Positions 13,015 through 26,789 of a stretch of 64,000 nt of DNA are shown one piece after another. The position numbers and the translations under genes are program-made. Numbering within the stretch: position 1 is the first letter of the stretch; each line of letters opens with the position of its first letter. Under the pieces are notes generated by a model. It ran no database searches. It saw only the letters and a list, made by a program, of their open reading frames with translations, and was not told where the DNA came from. The stretch is from Girardia tigrina (Eukaryota), in contig MQRK01219517.1 in the NCBI GenBank assembly GCA_001938485.1, forward strand, positions 1-64,000. Direction: 5' to 3'.

Positions 13015-16000
13015 GGGGATATTTCCAAAATGCATTTTATTAATTTATATATAATCTCAGAATCAAGTTATTTCATTATGACATTATTATTAGGAAGTAT
13101 ATAATTAGCATTATTATTTTCTAAATCTCTCCTTTCGATTTTCTAAACTAGATAATTATTTGCAATCAATAAAGTCTTCATCTTTTATCAATAATTGTCG
13201 TTTTAAATCCTAAAGTCAAGTTCAAAATAATTTATTAATTCTATAAATAGAATGGGGTCAAATATATAAAATTATATTTAATTCTCTATTTATCAATATT
13301 ATCAGGATCCAAAGTTCGACTCAGGGTCATTGACGATTTTTGCGTCCACACAATTGTCTTATATAAATATGAGGAGTTAGTTAAATTTTTCAAATTCACC
13401 CAATAATTTATTTAATAGTTTGAATTGAAAATTGATTAAAGATTAGAAAAGATTCAATAAAATTAAACACTATAAGATTTAATGATACAAAAATTAACAA
13501 GTTTGAATAAATTAAAATTTAAATAAAAGTTATTTAATATGATAAATTAAAATAAGGATAAAATTTAGGATAATAATTTAAACGAAATTAATTAATGAAT
13601 TGACGAAACGAAAAATTGAATTAACGAAAATTTGTTTGTTACATACATAATTTTTTTGAGTTAAATATGAATTTGGATTCTGAAATTTAAAATAACCTCA
13701 TTAGCATCAATGCTACTAACAATAAGTAATTCTCTTCTAATATTGTTTTTTACAATAAACGATTTTAAAAAGCAAAAATTAGAAATGACAGGGAGCAAGA
13801 CTGAAATTTTATTAGTAATATTTCCACTAAGGCATTGATGTTCTAGATTTTTCACCAACGTTGTTCTTACAATTTTTAGGTCTTAACTTTTAAACTACCG
13901 GAACCGGCAATTAATCAGAGAGCCGGAACTACTACTACTTTTTTACAAAATTTCCAGTTATTAGTTTTTCTAACGAAAACACTTCAAAAAGTATTTGATG
14001 TTTGGAGTGTAGTTACCCCATATGTATGTGAGGCTTTAAAGGTCAAAAAATATAAAATGTATATGAAAGGAAAATATATTTTAAACTGTATTTAAAAATC
14101 GAAGATGTAGAATTAGAGAGGACTGAATGTATTCAAAATGATAAATATTTGTGAAAATTGTCATTTGGAATCGCCGTGTAATCAAATTTATTGACGACGA
14201 TAGCAAAGATGTGGCGGGTTGGTAGTATCAATTTGTTGGAACATATTCCTTTCTTCAATCGTCGACGTAGAGATCTCTTTGACAGCAAAATATAGCAAAT
14301 ATTTATTTGTAATGTCTACAATGAGCTCGTAAGAGATAATGAATAATTGATTGAATTACGATAATAATCGTCCAAATAATATTAGAAAATTTATATTTTT
14401 CGAAGAATTTATTTTATTATTTCTTATCGTTTATTAGAACCCGCCAAATGACAAAATGAAATGTGAGAATTTCTATAATTACAAATAAAGTTATCAATAA
14501 TCATGTAAATATTTATATTATTTATATATTTTCTGACAAATATCTTTACAAATAAACAAGATTATCATTGACAGGAAATAATTTGTTTCTTTTAAAAATT
14601 TAAATATAAATAAAATTTTTAATATAAATAAAATTATCTTCGATATTCCATTATAATAATAAAAAGATAAGTAGCGACCCTATATGTCCCTCTTAGGTCA
14701 GTCTAAAAACGATTGATAATAATGTCTCATTGGAAATTACTACATGTCTCCAAATCGTGGACCCGATTCGACAAACCATAAAAATGTGGTCTCGGCCAAT
14801 TGAAGATTTGACGTACAACGAAGAAGAGGATGTCACCAACGCGGAGCCAACTTTATGATAATTGGAACAATCTTTTCAACAAGAAAAGAATTTCTGCGGA
14901 GTATGTAACATACATGTTTACATCGCCATATGCTTCAGAGAAATAAATTATTAAAAATTATTTTCAAAAGAAACAATTAGTTTATTTTCAACTCAAAAGA
15001 ATAAATTTCTTTTGAAAATTTAGTGAAATAAGAAAAAAATGAAATTTATATTATATGTTTTACTTGATCGTAATCGCAGTTTACCTCTTGCAATCTTGGA
15101 TTTCCCACGCCAATAGAGTTGTAGCTTTGCTGTTCTTTCCCTTCTACAATTGAAAAAAATATGTTTAAAAAATAAATATTTAAATATTTTGTACTTTTAA
15201 ATGTTTTCCAAAGCATTAATGTGATTTAACCTCTTCAATTCCAGTATCCCTTAAGTGGATATTGTTCTTAAACCAAACATACGAGCTTTTTGCACTAGTG
15301 CAACCTTTACAAACACAAAATAAAAAACTTTTGTAACATTTTCATTGCTCTAAAATATTCAAAATTATTTATAGTAAATACACATATTTTATATATTTCT
15401 GAATATTATTTTTTCAGTAGCAATACAATTTTTACATAAATAAATTTACCAATTGATTTCTACGAGATCGTTAAGAATACTAAATAGTAAAATAAAGTTT
15501 ATTTAACACATGGTATATTTTAAGTTCCTGCAAAATTTGGTGTCTGATTTAAAATAAATAATAATAAATAAAATAAAACCCAGTTTCGTGAAAAACTATT
15601 TTTATTGATGTCTAATGTACTCACAACTATTTTCCATAACTGTCCCTACCGTTCTACATGTCTTAGAATTCCCTCCTGGTAGAAACTAGGTGGTTTATCT
15701 TCAAAAAAAATTATAGGGTTGTTTTTCCCTTCTTCCGTAGAAAAAATTCTTTTGCTATTCAAATTATTTGAAGAAAACTAAAAAAATGAAAAGCTGAAGG
15801 GCCAAGGTTAAGGGAATGTGGCGGTTGCTGGGGCTTTCCTCTTTCAGCTTCCTTAGTTTTGCAGTGTCGGTTGAGTGACAATGGGTCTCGCATTGTCGTG
15901 GGGAAGATGATGCCTGTTCGATTAACCTGACTTGGATATTTTGCATGGATTTCCACATTTATTTTGGTGAGTTCCTCGTAAAAATTCTCCGCAGTGGAAA

Positions 16001-19000
16001 AAGCTCAAAATAAATTATTCTTCTGCGATCTCAGCTTACACATAACAAAATTGGAATGAAAGTTGTTTTTACTAGATATAGTATTGGTGTGAATCATTTT
16101 AATTCAATATTGTTGGATTAGAAAGTGTTTTCATCTTTTCAATGTCTCCCAATTGACGATTTTAGGTAATATATTAGGTAATATATTTAGGTAATATATA
16201 TCTGAGAGGCGATGTCTCCAGTAAAGGTTTACATTCCATGACAAGATATGCAAAATAAACTGAAACTGAAGTTGCTCACAAAACTGTCAAACTTCAGGTT
16301 CACAGCAAGTATGTGGAATGTGCAGGAGAGAAGCTTCCTTAAATGGAGAGAGTTTAAGAAAACACATTCGGCTTATTTGAAAGTAAGCTTGCTTGATACT
16401 AAAGATTCAAAACCACTTACTTTTAATGACTGTACTATCAAGATAAACCTAATTGTTAATAGCTTTGCCTTGAATTTCAAATTAAAGACCTGAATGACAA
16501 TCTGATAACCCTTTTTATGATGTATCGTTTTTTGAGTGAGCTAACCTGATATACTTTGTCAATAAAAGAGTGTTTAAAGCGAGTTGATGAAATCAAATAC
16601 TTAATCATTAGTTTAGCATTTTGAGAATACCCATCTCAAATAATACAACATCCAACATTTATTAATGAGAAGAAAACACACTTAAGACATTTATAGAAGA
16701 AATGAAGCCGCTGATCAACAAAATATTCAAGAAGAAGATAAATGAAGATCGGCACTGATAACACTGGTAAGACAGAGATTGGAGTTCAGCAGAAAACAGT
16801 TATTGAGAGATCTTTCTGCTTGACTTACACGTATTTCAGAGAGAACTCTGGATCAATGCTAATTCCTTTTCATGTAAAAAGTTTAATTAAGATGATAAGT
16901 ATACCACGAAAATTTTTGAGGAAGGCAGTTACCGAGGTTGGTAACTAGCAAAAGCTTTCACGAGTGTCAATCGAGAAGTTTTGCGGACATGTCCTAGAAT
17001 CTTGAAGTATCCTAAACGTTCTAAATTTGATGAAATGTTTTCATGAAAGAAACAAGTGGAAACTTACTACGGATGTTAGAAAAAGCTGAGAGAAAAGATT
17101 TTGTTTATTTTATACTGATTTCGATGAAGTTATAATGAAAAGAATATAAATGAGAATCGAACTTCAAAGAGCATATGATTCGACATACTTAGTAGTCAGA
17201 TTAGCCTATTTAGATAATGTCTGTGTCAGTTATACAAACATAGATCGAAGTAGCATAAATTTTGATATATTAAAGATTAATGTTAAGTGTTTAGAAGATC
17301 CACATTGTCATTTGCAATACATAAACTTTCATAACACTTATCGATTTCCAGTCATTAATAATTCAAAGTACAATCTCTTATACAAATATTGACTCACATT
17401 AACAAAGCCAAATGTACATTACTGATTATACAAAAACAGAGAATACCATATGATGAGTGAAACATGAACGAACATTTTGAGAAATAATTGTATGCGATGC
17501 TTATCACGATTAAAATTTTATTAATTAAATGCTCGCACTTTTCGGGTTTTTCCGTGTTCTTGCTTATAAGTATCTTGTAAATGGTGTAACGCCGCATACT
17601 TTTAGTATACATCTTTAATATATAATACATAAATAAAACCAAAGGTGTTGCAACAATGACGGAAAAAAATTTGTACAGCTCTGAACAGCAAACTTATTTA
17701 TGTAAATATGATTGTTTGTCTTTATCACGTGTTTAATTAAATACACTTTGGTTTCATAAAATTCTTTGGTTTTCTACTGGGTACCCTATAGAAAATATTT
17801 TTCAACGACGTCAGAACTAACATAAGAACACGTTTAGAAAAAATAACTTATTTTTTTCAAACTATTCATGCCTGTTTGACCATTGTCGGTATTTCTTGAT
17901 TTGAATTTTCTAGAATTACATTTTGAAACATTTTTAGAAATATTTTATTTATTCTTCATTTAAATCTGCCATCAAGTGTTAGGTGTACCTAAATAGTTAA
18001 AATATTTCTAGAATTGTATATAGACCCAGTACATATGTACATGCGCTAAAAATTGATTTAAAAAGAATTATTACTTCCAATTCTGTATATTCTATTGAAA
18101 ATAAAAATTACTGGATTGAAAATATGTCATAGATCATATCTCTGTAGGGTTGAAGAATTGCTTCCTTGGAATCTGTCGTTGCTAAATTCTATTTAAAATG
18201 ACATTAAAATACATTTCTAGATAACATTTCAATACCAACGGTGTTTTCTTAATCATATCTTACAATTTTAGCCTAGAAAGAACATAAAGAGGTAAATATA
18301 TAAAAAATCACTGGAACATAGACTGGTACAAATTCGACATCTCTGTGCTTATTAACGCAAGTAGCGTTTATGCCATTCTTATTATCCGAAATTTTAGAAT
18401 TCATATTTATTGAAAAATTTTATTGACAATAATACACATATATAAATAAATTTCCCGTTAATTCAATCATTTCGCCAAAATCGATTTATTAAATTTTTCT
18501 TTCAATTTAATTTGTAAAATTTAACTTATAATTATAACATTAATTTTTTAAATTATAACTAAAAATTTTTTATAAAATTTTATCATAAAACTATTAAATT
18601 TAACATAAGCCTTTTAATTTAAAAAATTATTTCCTAAAAAATATTATAAATTTTAATCCTTTGATTATTTATTTTAAAATTCTTATTTCAAAACTTTTAT
18701 TAAAATATATCAATTTTTATGACAGTAAACATTTTTTTTATTTTTATAGAAGTATTTATTTTTTTGATGGTTTTTCTTTTTAGATCATTTTTAATTTCAA
18801 AACCTTTTGTATTTATTTCATTTTTTAAACTTTCAAATTAAAAAAAAATTAAAACATTATTTTGGCGATAATATATTTAAACTAACTCCTTATACTTAAT
18901 ATTATTCCCAATGCTTGAATCCGGGTACCCTATTAGTGAGTGTTGTTGTAATAATAAGAAAGTGATGGTTCCATAGACGAACTTTTATATCTTGTCATTA

Positions 19001-20450
19001 AATAAAAGTAGTTTTATATTAAAAGTAAAAATTGCGTTCTTTTTTATATTTAATGAGCCAAATCAAAAATTAATTGATTAAAAAATAATTTGAAATTTAA
19101 TTGTAATAAAAAAATTTGTTACTTTTATTCCTTAACGGAATTTATTGAGTTTTTATGAGTAAAAATCTTTAAATTTATGATAAACCCATCATAAATAATT
19201 TTTAAGAATTATATTTAATGGTTTATATATTTGTAACAAACGTTTTTCATGGAAATATATCGAATTTCACTTCAAGTAAATTTCCTTCTGATGTAACGAC
19301 TTTAAAATACAATGTTATGACTTTTGCCAAATTACGCTACATAAATGTTTTCGATTTTGAGAATAATTGAGCATATCAGAATAAGAAAAAAGTAATAAAT
19401 TTTAAAATCTTAAAATTTTATTTTTTTCTTCTATATTCAACATTGATGTATAAATTTTAAATAAAGTCATTCAGCATATTATTTTTGATAAACCATACAC
19501 TAAGACAAAGGCCAATAGTGAAAGTAAGTTTTATCTTAAAAAGTGAAGGGTATAAAACAATAGTTTAAAACAAGTTCAAAATTTTAAATACGTTATTTTT
19601 GAGTGTTACAAATTATACGATTTCACTTCGGGATCAGTTACAATGGAACCTGTGTAAGTCAGTTAACATACTTCCACATAGTGTCCCTGGAAAACTAGAA
19701 GAGGTGTTTTAGACTATTTTTAGGCGAAAGTGTCTGAAGCTAGTCGAGCTACCATTTGCCGGCAGTGAATTCGTAATACCAGTTAGCCAACAATTCACTT
19801 ACAAGGCTAGCATAAACATTTGGTGTAGGGATGATCGATCTCGATCGATATTCAGTAAAGCTGTGAAGCATAGGGAACCAACGGTCGATGGTAAGTTAAC
19901 TTTGTAATTATGCCTTCTAAATCAATCAGGTTGAGCAATGAAGCGATGAATCTTGGAATCGAGCTAAGCAGTATTGTGATGAAATCCATTGAGTTCAATC
20001 GTTCTGATAGAGCAGCACAAAGATACCATCAACATTTCAGGACTTCCTAAATACCTTTATTATCCATTTTTTAATAATATCTTAGTTTAATATTTTACTA
20101 TTTTATGATTTAATGAAATCATGCTTGTCAAAAAATTGTCCAGTATTAACAATGTATCCAGCCATACTTTTCACCTGTAACTATCCAAATAATTACATGT
20201 GATGTACAAATTATTAATTTTAATAACAAATTTACGTTCTTTTTAGCGTAAATATATAATTCGAGTATGTTTTGTCAGTGTTCTTGAGTTTCACATTAGA
20301 AACATTTTTATTTTCCTGAAAAAGATTATTTGTAGGACAAACAATTTTCATTTGATGACATTTCATTCCCTCACTCCTTTTGATTGATTTGACGTAAGAG
20401 ATTACATAATCAGCCACTTCACGCATGAGCAATTAAAGAGCATGCTCTCC

Positions 20451-20520
20451 GTGATCTGTCAATGACGATAAAACCGTAGAAATATATTATCATAAACTTT
20501 ATTTTTAAATGGCGTTTTTG
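20451..20520 (+). ncRNA. Degenerate hammerhead/PLE 3' terminus
   Basis: GTGAT CTGTCAA TGACG..CCGTA GAAAT AT ATT ATCAT followed by the AAATGGCGTTT terminus shared with 45280. Confidence 0.5.
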
Positions 20521-21114
20521 TATATCATTAAATTGTAAAATTTGCCTTAAAAAACTTTTTAAATTTATAATACAGTTTCCAGATAAAAAAATATCAAACC
20601 GGTGAACGGTCATTTTTCAAATTAAATTAATTATTTTATATTTTAACATCAAGCAAGAAAGACTAGTTGGTCTAAATGTAATTGCAATAAAAAATACATA
20701 AGAACAAATTGAAGTTAATGCAAAACTTTCCAGATCTAAAATCAGGAAAAATAAATTTATAATTTACTTGTATATTTGCTATTTTACACGTCCTTTTTAA
20801 TTAAATATTTATTAGCATAAAGTAACATCAAAACTTCCAGCAGCATGAAATAATGAAAACTCAAGTCATAGCAATTATGAATACGTGAAAATGTCGCATT
20901 GAAGTTAGGAATTTATTGAGTCAAATGGGTGAATAAATGCCAACAACCTTCAGTTATATACGAAATTAGACGGGAAATATCGCTGCCCACAACAGAGTGG
21001 GATACATGGAGAATAAATAATTATGAAGAAAAATTAAATTAGAGCTATAGTAAATCAAATTGCATTTTACCTACCGATAAAACTCAAGGAATATATAACG
21101 AATTATTTTTTTAT

Positions 21115-21436
21115 ACTGTAGCCGTTGGGCCGTGGGTGCACTCAATTATGTACAAGCATATGGCTTGTATTTGCATATTTTTGAGTGACTCAGTAGGCAA
21201 GTAACTTGGTGGTACCTATCTACTATCCAGGTATGGATGGCCTTTGGGTCCAAGGAGCTCATCCACCTTTTGCTACGTTTAGTTTTTCATCCTGCTAGGT
21301 ATCCACACACCCTCTTCATCTAGGTTGCTCTGGGTAGCCGGTTTAGTCGCCTACCATTCGACCATGGGACGCGGCCGTTGGTAGCTTAACTTCGTAAATC
21401 GGACGAAATCCGTTGTACGCATCTGCGGCCATTGAC
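21115..21436 (-). mobile_element. 5S rRNA-derived SINE (SINE3-like)
   Basis: 5' head GTCAATGGCC...GATTTCGTCCGATTTACGAAGTTAAGC...GGCCGCG...GAATGG..GCGAC parallels 5S rRNA including box A and a box C-like motif. It is followed by ~200 nt of non-5S body with a hairpin and has a TA-repeat flank. Confidence 0.6.
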
Positions 21437-22338
21437 TATATATATTATTAGACCTTCGTATGTATAAATACTTAATGGGCATACAACGTATCGATTAAAA
21501 TATTACGAGATTTCGATGAATAGAATAATAATTGTAAAGAAAAGAAAGAAAATCAAATTAACAGTTTGTCTTACGTTTTTACAGTATATGAAATTATTGA
21601 AAAAATCAGGAAGTAGACAAAATATTTAGAAATATTGGACGGAAATAATCACAATATTATAAAATACAATTAATAATAATAATATAATTAAATAATAAAA
21701 TATTATTAATAATTTAAATACCATAACTACATTACCATCCATCATATCACAAAATAAGTTTATTTATTTATTTATAAATTATTTAATTATTAATGAGAGA
21801 GAATGAAATCGAAATTTTGCTGGACGAAATGATTAACCTAATTTTATTAAAACAAATGAATATTTGAGTATGAAACTGTAGAACGTTATTTTTTTCGATG
21901 ACAAGAACGAAATTTCGTATTCTTTACTGGATTTGTGACAAAGTAATATAAAAGAGCGGCAAGATTCCCTGGATATCAAAGACAGGTTTTCAGTTTGAAC
22001 AGGAAAGTAATCGCGTTTGTGTTTTGAGACAAAGTTTGCATTTGGTTTGCTAGTAACGAATTCGATGGTTAGATAAGAACTGGCCGAAATTGTTTTCCGT
22101 GGGAGAAGATAAAAATATAATAACTTTTATAGTCATATAGATGAAATATAGACAGGAAAATGAATAGTTAATGTATCAAAACACCAGCGAGAAGGACGAC
22201 GATCAGTTCTACTTAATATTAAACAATAACAATAATAAATTGCAGTTTTGAAAATCTTTTTTTTGTTTCCACAAGAATAAATCTAGAAATATTGTGCGAA
22301 TTCAGTTAAAAAAAGAAAATTATAAATTTCATTTTTTT

Positions 22339-22575
22339 ATGATATTATATTTCGAAGGTTTTACCGTCATCATCAGATCATTGATTTTTAACTTTTCTAT
22401 TGCTTATATATAAATATGAAATTGATGATTATGTAACCAATTACGTAAAACTAATCGAAAATCTAAATAAAATAATTGAGAGCGCCGTTTGAACATTAAT
22501 TTTAGAATCACAATCTTGATCATGATCAGTGATCTGAAAATATCGATAAAAACGTCGAAATATATTATCACAAAA
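22339..22575. mobile_element. Palindromic PLE-derived mini-element with two outward-facing hammerheads
   Basis: Minus HHR 22339-22381 (CTGATGA core), plus HHR 22529-22571 (CTGAAAA, stem I GTGAT/ATCAC). The spacer resembles the PLE 3' region at 7640-7730. Confidence 0.65.
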
Positions 22576-23588
22576 GCTATATTACGAAGTAGCATATCTT
22601 TTGCTTTTTTTTAATTGTCATTATTTTTTAAATTAATTTGCAATAATTTTTATTGTTGAAATATAAAAACATTTCGTTTAATTTTCGTTAAAAGTATTTT
22701 ATAAATATACATTTTGTTTTTATCCTTTCAACACTGTTGGGACATATTGTTGCAGAGCATACTTTTTTTGCTGTTTGCGGTCTGCAAATCGCCATATTAT
22801 TTTTTCTATACATTTTTTTCAGTCTAGATGTTACTTGCAAACAGTAGATACGAGTCACACTAATTAGTCAAAATAAATAGGAAAAAATATTTTGAGTTAT
22901 AATATTACACGGATTACTGAAATAAAAAAATCCTGTTAAAAGAAAATAGAGCAGATGCTCACCTAGGTGGATGATGATTGCACTTTGACTCTACAAAGTT
23001 TTGTTCGTAATATACGAGAAGAATTTCATCTTGAGGTATACAAATCTACCGTTGACAGATGTTTGCATCTGTGAGGATAATTAGATGTATATAGGTATTT
23101 GTAATAACATATTTCTATTTATAATTATAATATATTAATGGATCCAAAGTATTCTTAATAAAAATCTCCTGTGTTTTAATATTCAGAAAATTTGTAACAA
23201 ATTCAAATTATTGTGTAATTTTATATTAACAATAAATTTTGGAAAATTCTTATAGCGTCAATTCAAATATACTTTAAAAAGAATATTCCAATAAGTAGAA
23301 ATTTTCTTTATGTAGATATTCTTATTTCCAATATTCCTATAAGTAGAAATACTAAAAAGGGTGATAAGCCTCAGGGAAACTTATGAACGACTTTAAGAAG
23401 CCTCGAAGAAAGTTACGAGGATGAAACATTCATTTCTTGATGAGTTTAAGTTTCAGGTTGTGACGTGACCTAGTCGTGATTGAAGTAGATTAGGAGAATC
23501 TGCTTATGTTTCAGTATCTGCTGCAAGGAGTCAGAACAATTCGGTCGTAGCAGCCATGAATAAATAAGGTAAATTTTACCATAAAATT

Positions 23589-24079
23589 TATTATATGTTC
23601 TTGGAACATTCCCGAAACTAATATTAAGAGTTATTTCAAACATCGAAATTTTATTATTATCCACCACAAAAACATGTTTAAATCTAATATTGAAACAAAC
23701 TTATTTTTCTGAGAAACAATTTGTTTCATAAATCATAAACCGATATAAATAAAAGTACTTATAATATTAATATTTGATTTTATTTTATTTTTATAAATCA
23801 ATTTTAAATTTCGATGACATTTTAAAATATTTAATCGTTTCGTTTAATTTTATTAATTTTTAAAATTGTTTCACATTTAAAAATTATACATTTTAATTGC
23901 ATTTTATATTTTAGACTATTTCGAAAATTCTTAATTCTTAACAGTTTTATTAAATCTTATTAATTTTAAAAATTTCTTTTTCAAACTTTATATAATTAAA
24001 TATATCTAAATTTTAATTTGTACATATTTAATTTAACTTTATTTCAAAATTTTTCCTAACATTTTTTTAATTCCTAACT
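23589..24079 (-). mobile_element. Solo LTR of the 34017-35092 family, TSD AAATT
   Basis: Reverse-complement similarity to LTR 34017-34450 along its length; AAATT at 23584-23588 and 24080-24084. Confidence 0.8.
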
Positions 24080-24601
24080 AAATTCATGAAAGTTCATGGA
24101 AATGACTTTAAAGTCTTCTTGAAAGATTTTTTTCTTATATTTCCTTAAAAAAAAGATAATTTCTTATTTTCATCAATAAAGATATAATTTCTTCCAACAG
24201 TTTCGGATATAAAATGATAATTAAATAAATCTGTAACTTTTTAACGGATAAATAAACAAAAAAATAAAACTTATGAACAACACGAAGCTTAAAAAATAGT
24301 TTTCTCTAACGCTAAATTGTTTAATTTAATCATAATTAAGTGACGTTATTCATTAATCTAGAATAGATAATCAAATAAATTTCTCTAAAACGGCGAAAGT
24401 AGACAAGATATTAAATAATAATAGTGCATTAATTTATTTATTTATAACAATTTATTTTTGTTAGTTTAATGATTAAAAAACTTTCTAATGTTCTGTCACG
24501 TTTACGAATGATGGAAAACCCTGGTCGAATTTGTAGGTTGTTGCACGATATATTCAAAACTCCAAGTTTATGAAGTGTTACAAGAAGAATTAATTAAGCC
24601 C

Positions 24602-24760
24602 GTTACCATGGCAACGGTCGCGGTTACCATAGAAACGGTTCCGGTGCACTTGGAAACGCTTCTGATTGGTTCCTGGTACCCTAGCAACGGTTGCGATTAC
24701 CCAAAAACACTTCTGATTGATCATTGGTACCCTAGCAACGGTTACGATCACCTTAGCAAT
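24602..24760. repeat. Minisatellite of RFX X-box-like motifs with CCAAT boxes
   Basis: GTTACCATGGCAAC (24602), GTTACCATAGAAAC (24623), GGTACCCTAGCAAC twice, plus degenerate units. ~21-bp spacing, 51-bp higher-order unit containing CTGATTG(G). Confidence 0.7.
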
Positions 24761-24791
24761 TACTATAGCTCTTCCTTTACTATAGTTTTAT

Positions 24792-25180
24792 GGGATACAG
24801 TCAAATAGCGACAGTCGAAATAGCTATAATTATGAACATACAATTATAAATAAAAAAACTAAAGAACTAAGAAACATTTATTTCCAAGTTATAGGCAATG
24901 GCTTGTAATAACTCTCGAAAATTTATTGAAGCGCTGCAACGACAAGAATCTCTTCAACAAATAAATGACATATAAATTTTATAAAATAGAGATTTAGTTC
25001 AAAAATTAAAAAATATGCAGCCATTAATAAAAGAAGGACTGTAGTACAACAAAATCAAAACCAATACAATTTACAAGAGGTCTTACAAAGCCTATAACTC
25101 GAAAATAAATGTTCTTAATTGTTTAGTTTTTTTATTTACAATTGCATTTTTATAATTATCGCTATTTTGAACGCGAGCCC
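24792..25180. mobile_element. Long-TIR MITE (MULE/Merlin-like)
   Basis: GGG...CCC termini, ~110-130-bp imperfect inverted arms, 8-bp flanks AGTTTTAT/ATTTTTAT. Confidence 0.6.
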
Positions 25181-26229
25181 ATTTTTATATACGTGTGGTT
25201 GTTTGAGCTTATAGAGACAGCTAAGCCTAGTTTGGGGGTTAGTTTCGATTAATTTTGGTTTTTGTTTACAATTATTTTTACAAATAAACGTGATAATATC
25301 AAAAGCTCATTTTATACGAATGATTATTTTTTTTCTAATTATTATCATTTTACTTTTTATTAAAAAATGAGTTCAATTAAAAATCTTTTCGTAATAAGTG
25401 ATACTTTTCTTTTTTTCTATCGATTGCAAAAGAGTAATTTTGTAAACAAAATCAATTGAAACTAATTTTCAAATAACTAAAAAAATATGAAAATGAGCTC
25501 TCTGCAAACAGAGTAATTGTTTTCATTCGTGTAATAGTGTTATTAAAAAATACGACAAGTTTTCCTTTGTAAAATATTTTCTAATTTGAATGTCTATCTG
25601 CACCCAAGAATTAGTAGATATACCCCCTCTGCATAATTCTCTAGGCAACTCTGTCAGAGAATTCCACTGTTACTTTCTGAGTAGACTCATTGTGAAGAGA
25701 AAGTCGTCTCAAACCATTTTAACAGTATATAATTAGGACGAAGTAAACTAATTTCAATTTAATTTGAAAAATTTATAACCAACATACAAATATTTTAATA
25801 ATTTTTTTTAAAATAAACAAGTTTTACGAGAATATTTCCATCGAAGTTTTAATTATATGTAGGATATTAAAATATTATTATATTATATTTTGAGTTTCGT
25901 TAATCATTAAGGTTCCCTGCTAAAGTATGGGAATAATTTTTTGAATAATCTTTATTCATCAGTTTCAGATAAGTGCTTAAAATATTATCTTCGTATTTCA
26001 AATTGGATTTGTTTTTTGATATAATTATCGATTTTCCATTTAACTGTAAAGGAAGTCTCTCAAATTATATGTTACTGATACTATTTTACCATTTTTGTCT
26101 TTTTATGAATGATATTGTCAAATTTTCTAAATCCTACTCAATATGAAATTTTTTAAACTTTTAATACGTTATCCTTCATCATCTTTCTTGGTTTTGTAAG
26201 TGTCGACCCCGCTTTATATTGGCCTAATG

Positions 26230-26620
26230 TTAGTCACCATTTTTAATTCGGGTACATATTATTATTTAGACGTTTCCTAAAAATGTAAAGTACATTTCAT
26301 TAATTTCCATAATTAGAGGATAGAGTCCAGACTCTGATAAATAACCCATTGATCGTAGCATCTTTGTATATATCTTCACAGTAAGTCTCTCGATGTTGTA
26401 AAAATTCATAAATTGTTGCCTTTCGGTATAATTTCGTCCATATTTATCATTCATTCAAGACAATCCAGGAATCGAATTTTATCATTAACCTCAAATTTTG
26501 TATTGAAGTTATTATTATGAATGGATTTTGTGAAATTCATAATGATAATATGTGCACTTTGTCTATAAAAACTTGGAATTTATCAGCCACACATCTTTTA
26601 TACATATGTAGACGTTTTTT
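26230..26620 (-). pseudogene. Penelope-like reverse transcriptase remnant
   Basis: MYKRCVADKF (decayed YxRYVDD), KFEVNDKIRFLD, KLYRKAT, INGLFIRVWTLSS. Confidence 0.55.
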
Positions 26621-26789
26621 AGTATAAGCGTCGTTGAAATGCTCGAAGATTGAAGCCAGTATCTGAGCAAGAGATGAGCCCGTTTCTACACTATCTCTTT
26701 GAATGTACCTTTCCTAATTGAAGAGTGTATTTTTCTTTCCCATTATTCCGTAGTCAAACAGATCGTTTCATCAATTGGTAAAATTTTAT

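Noticed and set aside
10500-17650. Possible piggyBac ends (~11053, ~13883) and decayed transposase-like stretches (14700-17100)
   Set aside because: No paired TIRs, TTAA TSDs or diagnostic catalytic motifs readable by eye.
19680-20050. Possible Gypsy RT remnant
   Set aside because: Only vague motif resemblance with many stops.
21320-21436. Functional 5S rRNA gene
   Set aside because: Too diverged, no terminal stem or oligo-T terminator at ~120 nt, not in a tandem array.
23390-23435. Possible decayed hammerhead (CCTCG/CGAGG stem then GAAAC)
   Set aside because: Core and stem I too degenerate to support.
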